NCBI RefSeq assembly: GCF_020745735.1
Contig: NC_083409.1
Location: 10,700,978 to 10,764,977 of the forward strand
Direction: 5' to 3'
DNA length: 64,000 nt
DNA from: Hemiscyllium ocellatum
Lineage: Eukaryota
Below, in pieces: positions 23,270-35,500 of this stretch. Under the pieces are notes generated by a model. It saw only the letters and a list, made by a program, of their open reading frames with translations, was not told the origin of the DNA and did not search any database. Position 1 is the stretch's first letter, and each line of letters starts with the position of its first letter. Position numbers and translations under genes: made by a program.

Positions 23270-26200
23270 AGCACAAGAACTGGCCCTTCGGCCCTACTAG
23301 CCTGCACTGGTCCATATCCTCCAACTAAACCTGTCATCAATTTTCCAAGGGTCTATCTCCCTTTGCTCCCTGCCCATCCATGTATCTATCTAGATATATC
23401 TTAAATGATGCTATTGTGCCTGCCTCTACCACCTCCACTGGCAACGTGTTCCAGGACCAATCACCCTCTGTGTGAAGAACTTTCCATACATATCTCCTTT
23501 CAATGTTTCCACTCTCACCTTGAACTCATGACCCCTGAGTAATTGAGTCCCCCACTCTGGGAAAAAGCTTCTTGCTATCCACCCTGTCTATACCTCTCAT
23601 GATTTTGTAGACCCCAATCAGGTTCCCCCCTCAACGTTCGACTTTCTAATGAAAATAATCCTAATCTACTAAGCCTCTCTTCATAGCTAGTGCCCTCCAT
23701 ACCAGGCAATCCTGGTGAACCTCCTCTGCACCCTCTCCAAAGCATTCACATCTTTCTGGTAATGTGGCAACCAGAACGGTACACAGTATTCCAAATGTGG
23801 CCAAGCCAAAGGCTGATATAATTCTAATATGACCTTCCAACTCTTTTGCTGAATACCACGTCTGGTGAAAGAAGGTATGCCATATGCCTTCTTGAACACT
23901 CTATCGATCTGTGTTGTCACCTCCAGGGTACAATGGACCTGAACACCCAGGTCTCTCTGGGCATCAATTTTCCCAGGGTGTTCCATTCACCGTACAGTTT
24001 ACTCCAGATTTGGATCTTCCAAATTTCTTCAGATCGCATTTGCCTGGTTGAACTCCATCCATCCGTTTCTCTGCCCAACTCTCCAATCTATGTATATTCT
24101 GCTACATTCTCTGACAGTCCCCTTCCCTATCTGCTACTCCACCAATCTTAGTGTCATCTGCAAACTTGCTAATCAGACCACCTATACCTTCCTCCAGATC
24201 ATTTATGTCTTTCCAAAACAAGAGTGGTACCAGCACGGATTCCTGTTCTCCATTTTGAGAAACTCCGTCCTTTACTATCGTCTGTCTTCTGTTGCCCAGC
24301 CTGTTCTCTATCCAACTAATGAGTACACTCTGGACCCCATGCGACTTAAATTTCTTTATCAGGCTGCCATGGGGAACTTTATCAAACGCATTCCTGAAAT
24401 CCATGTGTATGACATCCACAGCCCTTCCCTCATCAATCAACTTCATCACTTCTTCAAAAAATTCTATAAAGATGGTAAGACATGACATTCCCTGCACAAC
24501 TTCACGCTGTCTATAACTAATAAGTCAATTTTCTTCCAAATATAAATAGATCTTATCCCTCAGTATCTTCTCCAGCAGCTTCCCTACCACTACATCAGGC
24601 TCACTGGTTGATAGTTACCTGGATTATACTGGCTACCCTTCTTAAACATTAGTAATTCTCCACTCCTCTGGGACCTCATCCATGTTCAAAGTTGCTACAA
24701 AGATATCGATTAAGGCCCCAGCTATTTCCTCTCTTGCTTCCCTCAGAACCTGGGATCGATCCCATCCCGACCTGGGGACTTGTCCACCTTGATGCCGTTT
24801 AAAATACCCAAAACTTCCTCCCTCCTTAAACCGACTTGACCCTGAGTAATCAAACATCTATCCCCAACTTCAACACCTGTCATTTCCCTCTCCTTGGTGA
24901 ATACCGACGTAAAGCACTTATTAAGAATCTCATCCATTTTCTCTGCCTCCACACATAACTTTCCTCCTTTGTCCTTGAGTGGGCCAACCCTTTCTCTAGT
25001 CACCCACTTGCTCCTTATATATGAATAAAAGGATTTGGGATTTTCCTTAATCCTGTTTGTTAATGATATTTTGTGACCCCTTTTAGCCCTTTTAATTCCT
25101 CACTTCAGGTTGGTCCTACTTTCACAATATTCTTCCAAAGCTTTGCCTGTTTTCAGCTACCTCGACCATATGTATTCATCCTTTTTCCTCTTAGCTAGTC
25201 TCACAATTTCATCTGTCATCCAGCGTTTCCTAGTCCTGCCATTTCAATCCCTTATTTTCACAGGGACATGTCTGTCCGGACTCTAGTCAACCTCTCTTTA
25301 AAAGCCTCCCACATATCAAATATGGATTTCCCTTTAAACAGCTACTCCCAATCCACATTCCCCAGCTCCTGCCAAATTTTGCTATAGTTGGCCTTCCCCC
25401 AGTTTAGCCATCTTCCTTTCGGACCACTCTCGTCTTTGTCCAGGAGTATTCTAAAACTTATGGAATTGTGGTCACTGTTACCAAAATAATCCCCTAGTGA
25501 AATTTCAACCACCTGGCCGGGCTCATTCCCCAATACCTGGCCCCTTCCTGAGTTAGATTATTTCCACATTACTCTGTAAAATCCTCCTGAATGCTCCTTG
25601 CAAATTCTGCTCCATCTAAACTGCTAACATGAAGTGAATCCCAGTCAATGTTGGGAAAATTAAAATTTTCCATCACCCACCACCTTGTTACTCCTACATC
25701 TTTCCATAATCTGATTACATATTTGTACCTCTATCTCACGTTCACTGTTAGGAGGCTTGTAGGATAGCACCAACATTGTTACTGCACCCTTCCTATTTCT
25801 GAGCTCTGCCCATATTGCCCCACTGCTCGAGTCCTCCATAGTGCCTTCCTTCAGCACACCTGTGATAACCACTCTGACCTGTAATGCAACTCCTCCATCC
25901 CTTTTACCTCCCTCTCAAACCCATCTGATACATCTGTATCCTGGGATATTTAGTTGCCAATCTTGCCCTTCCCTCAACCACGTCTCAGTAATAGCAATAA
26001 CATCATACTCCCAGATACTATTCCAATCCCAAAATTCCTCTGCCTTACCTACTACACTTCTCACATTAAAACAATACACCTCAGACCATTTGTCCCTTTG
26101 CTTTCATCATCTGCCCCCAACCTACTCTTAACCTTAGTCACGCTGACTTCAATATCTAGTTCCTGACAGGCTTTAGTTACTCCCTCCTTATTGTCCACTA

Positions 26201-26640
26201 ACTTCCTCATTTGGTTCCCATCCCTCTGCTACACTATTTTGAACGTGATCAAACATATCCCACAGGACACTGGTTCCAGTCCTGCCCAGGTGTAGACCAC
26301 TCGATTTGTAATTGTCCCACCTCCCCAGGAACCAGTCCCAATGCCCCAAAAATCTGAACCCCTCCCTCCTGCACCATCTCTCAAGCCACGCATTCATCCT
26401 GCCTATACTTTCATTTTGACTCTGACTAGCACATGGCACTGGGAGCAATCCTGAGATTACTACCTCTGAGATCATACATTTTAATATGGTTCCTAACTCC
26501 CTAAATTCTGCTTGTCCGCCCTCATTCCATTTATTACCGATATCATCGGCGCTTACATGCACCATCACAGCTAGCTGTTCACCTCCCCCTTCAGAATGTC
26601 CTGCAGCTGATCTGAGACATGCCTGAGCCGTACAACTGGG
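23270..26640 (-). mobile_element. Near-full-length degenerate CR1 LINE (ORF1 SGNH esterase, EN, RT)
   Basis: VVISGLLPVP...WCRREGFRFLGHW...GLHL (ORF1); YKPPNS and SDHN (EN); MDFRNAFDKVPH and FADDTKIG (RT). Confidence 0.92.
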
Positions 26641-29600
26641 AGGCAACATGCTATTCGTGAGTCTTGTCTTTGACCACAGAACCGCCGATCTACTCCCTTT
26701 ACAAAGTCCAAACAAACCATATCCATGGGCCCCCCCTTATCAAATCCACTCACTACATCCTCAAACAATTCCAGTCGATTTTTTAAGCATGATTTCCCTT
26801 TCAACAATTCATGCTTACTATCTCCAGTTCTGTCACTGTTTTCAAAGTGCTAAGCTATCAAATATTTGGAATGAACTTGAGCATTTTCTCCACTGCTGAT
26901 TTCTGGCTAATTGGTCTAAAATGTTTTATTTTCCCCCTCTCTATCTCTCTCTCTTTTTCAATAATTGTGTTAAATTAGGTCCCTCCACTCTGTTTGACCT
27001 ATTCCACAGTCGACAAACAGATAACCATCAATGTTTCTAATATTTTACAACCCACTTCCTGAAGCACTCCTGAAAATAGATTATTTGGCCCTGCTGATTT
27101 AACACACTTTAATTTTCCCAGAACCATTTTCCTCAACAACTGATTTCCTTCAGCTCCTTCCTCTGATAAAACTCCAAGTTCACCAACATGTCTGAGATTT
27201 ATTTGAGAATTCATTTGTGCAGAAAGATTCAGAATATGTTTATCTGTCATCTCTTTGTTCCAACTATAACATTATAACACTTGTGTGAAGCTTCCTTGAA
27301 TGTCATCTGGACGTCCATATAAACAACACATTCCCTTATCTCACACATTAGTGACCTCGTTAAAACATGTAACCAGGTTAGTTAAAAATGTCTGACCCTT
27401 TTTAAATCCATGCTGACTTACTCTGATCTGTTCATATATGTCAGACATTCTGTCTCTAAACCAGCTTCAATTACTTCCCAACAATAGACATTCGACGGAG
27501 ATGTTCATTGTGAGTGAGGTTAGTAAACAGCTAGCACTGACATGACGGGCTGAACAGCCTCCTCCTAGAGTCACAGAGTCAAAGAGATATTCAGCATGGA
27601 AACAGACCCTTCGGTCCAACTTGTCCATGCCGACCAGACATCCCAAACCAATCTAGTCCCACCTGCCAACTCCTGGCCCAGATCCCTCCAAACCCTTCCT
27701 ATTCATATACCCATCCAGATGCCTTTTAAATGTTGCAATTGTACCAGCATCTACCACTTCCTCTGGCAGCCCCATTCCGCACTCGCACCACCCTGTGCGT
27801 GAAAAAGTTGCTCCTCAATTCTCTTTTATATCTTTCCTCTCTTACCCTAAACCTATGCCCTCTATTACTGGACTCCACCACCCCAGGGAAAAGACTTGGT
27901 CTCTTTGCCCTATCCATGCTCCTCATGATTTTATAAACCTCTGTAAGGTCACTCCTCAGCCTCCGACACTCCAGGGAAAACATCCCCAGCCTATTTAACC
28001 TCTCCCTATAGCTTAAATTCTCCAACCCTGGTAACATCCTTTTAAATCTTTTCTGAACCCTTTCAAGTTTCACAACATCTTTCTGATAGGAAGGAGACCA
28101 GAATTGAATGCAATACTCCAAAAGTGGCCTAGGTGACCTCCCAATTCCTATACTCAATAATCTGACCATTAAAGGAAAGCATATCGAATGTCTTCTTCAT
28201 TATCCTATCCACCGACTACTCTACTTTCAAGGAGCTATGAACATGCACTCCAAAGTCTCTTTGTTCAGCAACACTCCCAAGGACCTTACTATTAAGAGTA
28301 TAAGTGCTGCTCAGATTTGCTTTCCCAAATGCAGCACCTTACATTTATCTAAATTAAACTCCATCTGCCATTCCTCAGCTCAATGGCCCATTGGATCAAG
28401 ATCCTGTTGTAATCTGAGGTAACCTTCTTCACTGTCCACTTCACCCCCAATTTTCGTGTCATTTGCAAACTTACTAACTCTACCGCCTATGTTCATATCC
28501 AAATCATTTATTTAAATGACAAAAAGTAGTTGACTCAGCACCATTCCTTATGACACTCCACTGGCCACAGGCCTCCAATCTGAAAAACATCCCTCCACTA
28601 CCACCCTCTGTATTCTACCTTTGAGCCAGTTCTGTATCCAAATGGCTAGTTCTCCTGTATTCCATGAGATCTAACCTTGCTAACCTATCTCCCATGGGGA
28701 ACCTTGTCGAATGCCTTACTGAAGTCCATTCAGATCCTGTCTAAGGCTGTGCCCTTATCAATTCTTTCTGTTACTTCTTCAAAAGATTCATTCAAGTTTG
28801 TGAGACATGATTTCCCACACACAAAACCATGCTGCCCAACCCTAATCAGTCTTTGCCTTTCCAAATGTATGGACAATTTGTCCCTCAGGATTCCTTCCAA
28901 GAACTTCCTCACAATCGACGTCTGGCTCATTGGTCTACAATTCCCTGACTTGTCCTTACCACCTTTCTTAAATAGTGGCACCAATTAGTGAACCTCCAGT
29001 CTTCTGGCACATCATCTGTGACTATTGAGGATACAAATATCACAGTATGATGCCCAGCAATCACTTCCCTAGCTTCCCACAGAGTCCTAGGGTACACCTA
29101 ATTAGGTCCTGGGGATTTATCCACTTTTATGCATTTCAAGACATCTAGCATCTCCTCGTCTGAAATAAGAACATTTTTCAAGATGTCACCATCCATTACC
29201 CTACGTTCTATAATCTTCAATATCCTTCTCCACCGTTAAACTGAAGCAAAATACTCGTTTGGTATCTGCCCCATCTCGTGCGGCTCCACACAAAGGTCGC
29301 CTTTCTGATCTTTGAGGGGCCCTATTCTCTCCTTAGTTACCCTCTTGTCCTTAATGTATTCGTAAAACCCCTCTGGATTCTCCTTAACCTTATTTGTCAA
29401 AACTTTCTCATGTCCCCTTGTTGCCCTCCTGATTTCCCTCTTAAGAATACTCCTACTGCCTTTGTATGCCTCTAAGGATTCACTCGATCTATCCTGTCAA
29501 TACCTGACATATGCTCCATTCTTTTTCTTAACCAAACCCTCAATGTTTCTTGTCATCCAATATTCCCTACACCTACCAGCCTTTCCTTTCACCCTAACTA

Positions 29601-29705
29601 AAATATACTTTCTCTGGACTCAAGTTATATCACTTCTGAAGGCTTCTCATTTTCCAGCTGTCCCTTTACCTGTGAGCAACTTCCCCCAATCAGCTTTTCA
29701 GAGTT

Positions 29706-30018
29706 TTAGATTAGATTGCTTAGTGTGGAAACAGGCCCTTCAGCCCAACAAGTCCAGACGGACCCTCCGAAGAGCAACCCACCCAGACCCATTCCCCTAT
29801 GTTTACCGCTTCACCTAACACTATGGACAATTTAGCATGGCCAATTCACCTAACCTGCACTTTTTTAGACTGTGGGAGGAAACCGGAGCACCCGTAGGAA
29901 ACCCACGCTGACATGGGGAGTATGTGCAAACTGCACACAGACAGTTGCCTGAGGTGGGAATTGAACCCGGGGCTCTGGCACTGTGAGGCAGCAGTGTTAA
30001 CCACTGTGCCACCGTGCC
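29706..30018 (-). mobile_element. HE1/V-SINE
   Basis: Reverse complement of the SINE at 57651, with AATCTAATCTAA tail. Confidence 0.92.
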
Positions 30019-30938
30019 TGATACTGGCAAAATTAGCCTTCCTCCAATTTAGAACTTCAACTTCTGGATCTGGTCTATCCTTTTCCATCACTATTTTAAA
30101 ATGAATAGAATTATGCTCGCTGAGCAAAAGTGCTCCTCCACTTGCACCTCAGTCACCTGCCCTGCATTATTTCCCAAGAGAAGGTCGAGTTCTGCACCTT
30201 CTCTAGTAGGTACATCCACATACTGAATCAGAAAATTGTCTTGTACACACTTAACAAATTCCTCTCCATCTAAATCCTTAACACTATGGCAGTCCCAGTC
30301 TATGTTTGGAAAGTTAAAATCCCCTACTATAACCACCCCATTATTCTTACTGATAACTGAAATCTCCTTAAAAATTTATTTCTCAATTTCCCGCTGACTA
30401 CTGGACGGGGGCTATAGTATAATCCCAAGAAGGTGATTATCCCCTTCTTTTTTCTCAGTTCCACCCAAATAATTTCCCTGGATGTATTTCTGGGAATATC
30501 CTCCCTAAGTACAGCTGTAATGTTATCCCTTATCAAAAATGCCACTCCCCCTCCTCTCTGGCCTCCCTTTCTGTCCTTCCTATAGCATTTGTATCCTAGA
30601 ACATGAAACAGCCAGTCCTGTCCATCCCTGAGCCATGTTTCTGTAATTGCCATGCTATCCCAGTCCCACGTTCCTAACCATGCCCTATGTTCATCTTCCT
30701 TCCCTGTTAGGCCTCTTGCATTTGTTCCCGCCTGCCCTGACTCTTTGACTTGCCTTTGTTCTCAACTATACCAATCTCAGATTGAAATATTTCCTCACTA
30801 TCTCCCTGGGTCCCTCCCACCCATCTTACTAGTTTAAATCCTCCCAAGCAGCTCTAGCAAACTCCCTGCCAGTATATTAATCCCCTTCCAATTTAGGTGC
30901 AATCCGTCCTTCTTGTACAGGTCACTTCTACCTCAAAT

Positions 30939-31588
30939 TTGCCACCCAGGTAAATAGTGCTGTGAGGAAGGCATATGGTGTACTGGGCTTTATTGGTAGA
31001 GGAATTGAGTTCCGGAGTCCTGAGGTCATGTTGCAGTTGTGTAAGACTCTGGTGTGGCCTCATCTGGAGTATTGTGTGCAGTTTTGGTCGCCATACTATA
31101 GGAAGGATGTGGAGGCATTGGAACGAGTGCAGAGGAGGTTTACCAGGATGTTGCCTGGCATGGTAGGAAGATCATATGAGGAAAGGCTGAGGCACTTGGG
31201 CCTGTTCTCATTGGAGAAAAGAAGGTTTAGGGGAGATTTGATAGAGGTGTATAAGATGATTAGGGGTTTAGATAGGGTAGACACTGAGAACCTTTTACCG
31301 CTAATGGAGTCAGCTGTTACTAGGGGACACAGCTTTAAATTAAGGGGTGGTAGGTATAGGACAGATGTTAGGGGTAGATTCTTTACGCAGCGGGTTGTGA
31401 GTTCATGGAATGCCCTGCCAGTAGCAGTGGTGAACTCTCCCTCTTTATGGTCATTAAGCGGGCATTGGATAGGCATATGGAAGTTATTGGGCTAGTGTAG
31501 GTTAGGTAGGATTTGGTCGGCGCAACATCGAGGGCCGAAGGGCCTGTACTGCGCTGTATTTTTCTATGTTCTATGTTCTATGTTCTAT
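30939..31588 (+). mobile_element. Young 5'-truncated CR1 LINE
   Basis: Open RT C-terminus; about 97% identical to 48085-48727; (TTCTATG)n tail. Confidence 0.95.
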
Positions 31589-32164
31589 TTAAAACAGCTT
31601 CCAAAGATTCAAAAATGTGAATCCTTCTCCCATACACCAGCTCCTTAGCCATGCATTCATCTGCTCTATCCTACTATTCCTGCCCTCACTAGCTCATAGC
31701 ACTGGGGGTAATTTAGATATTACTACTCTCGAGGATCTCCTTTTTAACTTCCTGCCTAACTCTCTGCAATCTACCTTCAGAATCTCAACCTTTTCCCTTC
31801 CTATGTCGTTGGTTCCAAAGTGTACAATGACCTCCTGCTGGTCCCTCTCCACCTTAAGAACATTTTGCACCCTCCCTGAGACATCCTTGATCCTGGCACC
31901 AGGGAAGCAACACAACATTCTGGCTTTTCACTGCTGGCCACAGAAACATCTGTCTGTACCTCGGGCTAGAGAGTCCCCTAACACAGTCGATCATTTGGAA
32001 CCCGACATACGTCCCATTACATTAGAGCCAGTGTCAATACCAGGAACTTGGCTGCTCATGCTAAGTACCCCTGAGTTTCCATGACTCCCTACATTTTCCA
32101 AAGCAGCATACTTGTTTGAAATGGGAATAGCCACAGAAGACACCTGCACCTCTCTGGCCTTTCC

Positions 32165-35100
32165 TGAAGTTATGGTAAGAGCCCATGGGATCCAAGGCAT
32201 TTTGGCAAATTGGATCCAAATATGAGGCAAAGAGTAATGGTGGAGGGTTGTCTTTGTGATTGGAAGCCTGTGACCAGTGGTGTAAGACAGGGATTGGGGC
32301 TGGGACCCTTGCTGTTTGTAATGTACATTAACAAATTGACTGTGATTGTATAATTCAAAAGTTTTCAGAGGCCACATAAATTGGTGGTGTTATTGATATT
32401 GATTTGATTTTTATTTTAGTGTATTGTCACGTGTACTCGAGTGCAAAAGTATTGGAGTACAGTGAAAAGTATGTAACGTCACCTCACAAGGTGCCATCTT
32501 AGGTACAAGGACCTCAGTACAGAATCGTAAGAACAAGGTAGAAAGAAAGAATAAAGTTCAAAGTTACACGTTGCAGATCTTTTTAGTTTTAAGTAGAAAA
32601 TGAAGAAATAAAGCTGAAAGTTCAAGCATTAAAGCCTTTCTTTAGAACTTAGCAACCATGGGATCATACTTTAAGTAATCATCTCGAGACCAGAAGTCCG
32701 GGCTGAGGCCTTCCCTGGTGGAGAGACCACCATTACAGAAAGGACCACTATGTGGGCTGAGAGACACCCACTCTGGGCCACTCAGAGATCGCCACACTAG
32801 GCCGAGTGACCATCACGCTGGGCTGACAGTCTAGCATGCTGGGCTGACAGGCCACCATATTGAACTGAGAGGCCATCATGTTGGACCAAGAGTCTGTCTC
32901 GTTGGGCTGGAAGATCTCCCTGCCAGGCCAGGACACTGCCACACCAAGCCAGGAGGCCACATCATTAGGTCTGCACTAGGTCAGAGGCCTGGTGACTGAG
33001 GCTGGGAGTCCGTGCCCAGGAGAAGAAATAAGGGAGAAGGACAAAAGAAAAACACAAAAGAAAAGGAAAAGAGAAGTGGAATAGAAAGAAGAAAAGGAAA
33101 CAGACGAAGCAGATGAACTCGGGCTGAAGCATCCTACTCTGCTGCCATCTTGGATGACTGGGTCTCAGGCTAGAGTCTGATATTGGTCAGCTGGTAACTT
33201 GGGCAGAGCAATGGCAGATGTAATTTAATCCTGATACCTCTGAGGTGATCTAACTTGGGAGGTCTAATAAGGGTAGGATATTCACAATGAAAGGCATGTG
33301 CCTTGAGTGTCCTCATGCATGAATCACAGAGGGTTGGTCGACAGGTACAATAAATAATTAGGAAGGCAAATGGAATTTTGTCCTTCATTGCTAAAGGGAT
33401 TGAGTTTAAAAAGCGGGAATGTTATGTTGCAGCTGTACAGGGTGTTGGTGAGGCCACACCTGGAGTACTGCGTGCAGTAATAGTCTCCTTACTTGAAAAA
33501 GGCAATATTGGCACTAGAGAGGTGCAGAGTTCACTAGGCTGATTCCGGGGTGGAGGGGGTTGGCTTATGAAGGGAGACTGCATCGACTGGGATATATTCA
33601 TGGGAACTTAGAAGAATGAGGGGAACCTTATAGAAACAAATAAAATTATAAAGATAATAGATAAGACAGAAGTAGAGAGGATGTTCCCACTGGCAGGTGA
33701 AACTAAAACAGGAGGGTTTAGCCTCAGAATTAGGGGGAGCAAATTTCGGACTGAATTGAGAAGGAACATCTTCATCCAGAGGGTCATAAATCTATGAAAT
33801 TCTTTGCTCAATGAAGAAAGTGATGCTACTTCATTAAATGTTTTAAAACTAAGATAGATTTTTTTCACAACAAAGGAATTAAGAGATACAGTGAGAGCAA
33901 ATGCCAGGTCTTGCACATTAGAAAAAATAATACAGGCATGGTCTAGGTTCTAAACGGTGAGAAAATTCCTAAAACCAAAGTACAATGGGATCTAGGAATG
34001 CTAGTCCCGGATTCTCTAAAGGTTCACTTGCAGGTTGAGTCTGTGGTTAAGGAAGCAAATGTAATATTGTAATTTATCTCAAGAGGATTGGAATGTAAAA
34101 TGAGATGTGCTGCTGAGACTTTATAAAGCTCTGGTTAAGCCCAATTTAAAACACTGTGTCCAGTTTTTGGCCCCATACCTCAGAAAGAACATACTGGCAC
34201 TGGACCGTGTCCAGTGGAGATTCACATGGATGAGCCCTGGAATGGTAAGCCTAATATATGATGAATGACCAAGGATCCTGGGATTGTATTCATTTGAGTT
34301 TAGAAGGTTAAGGGGAGATCTGATAGAAACTTACAAGATATGCATGGCTTAGAAAGGTTGGATGCTGGGAAATTGTTTCCGTTAAGTAGGGATACTAGCA
34401 TCTGTGGGCACATCCTTAGAGTTAGAGGGGGTCAGTTTAAAATGGAACTGAGGAGACATTTCTTCAGCTAGAGAGTTATGGGCCTGTGAAATTCATTGCC
34501 ACAGAGCGCAGTGGTGGCCAAGATATTAAATGTCTTCAAGGCAGAGATTGATAAATTCTTAATCTTGCAATGAATTAAGGGCTACAGGGAGAGTGCGAGT
34601 AACTGTCGTTAAATGCCCATCACCCATGATTGAATGGCGGAGTGGACTCGATGGGTCAAATGGCCTTACTTCCACTCCTATGTCTTATGGTCTTATGTGG
34701 AACTGAGTCATGAAAAGATCAACCATGATCTTATTGAATGGCAGAGCAGGGTTGAAGGGCCAGATGGCGTCCTCTTGCTCCTAGTTCTTATGTTCTTATG
34801 TTCGTTGGGAGTACTGAGGAATGAAGGGACCTTGGTATACAAGTCCATCAATCCCAGAAGGCATCAACTCGACAGGGTGGTGAAGAAAGCATATGGGATG
34901 CTTGTCATCATTAGCCAGGGTGTAGAATATAGAAAGGAAGAATTCTTGTTGTTACCTGACAGAGCATTGGTTAGGTCATGTCTGGAATACTGTGCACATT
35001 TCTGGTCATGACACTGTTGGAAGAACATGATTGGACTGGAGAAGATGCAGAGGAGATTAACCAGAATGTTCCCTGGGATGGAAAGTGTTAGTTCTGAGGA

Positions 35101-35500
35101 GAGACTGGATAGACTGGGTTTGTTTTCTCTGGGGGGAATCTGATTGAGGTATACAAAAATATGAAAGGCATAGTCAAAGTCAATTGTGAGAATCTTTTCC
35201 CCATGTCAGACATGTCTATGACCAGAGGGAATAAGCTTACCGTGTGAAAATGTGGTTTAGACGGGTTGAGGACTTGTTTTCCCCAGAGGGTGGTAGAAAT
35301 ATGGAAGGTGCTGCTTGAGAAGGTGGTGGAGGCAGCTCCTCTCACAACATTTAAGAAACATCCAGATGAGCACATAAAATGCCAGGGCATGGAAGGCTAT
35401 GGACCAACTGCAGGTAAATGGAGTTTGGTGATTACTGATTGGCATCAACATGTCGACAAACAGAAGGGCCTGTTTGTTTGCTGTATGACTCTATGACTAT
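32165..35500 (+). mobile_element. Stack of CR1 RT/3' fragments, first one interrupted at 32395-33155
   Basis: Successive RT C-terminal motifs and (CTTATG/CTATGA)n tails at about 34680, 34790 and 35490. Confidence 0.8.
32395..33155 (-). mobile_element. Unclassified non-autonomous insertion with an internal 21-bp array
   Basis: Splits a continuous CR1 RT. Minus-strand start CCAAGATGGCAGC, (AAATC)n-like end, array at 32745-32990. Confidence 0.55.

Larger units (their letters stand above)
27570..32160 (-). mobile_element. Near-full-length degenerate CR1 LINE hosting a SINE and a younger CR1
   Basis: CFPGARIKDV...HFGTNDIG (ORF1); AITETWL, GDFNFP, AELDL (EN); QHGFVCGKSCLTNL (RT); 3' tail at about 27570. 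Confidence 0.9.
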
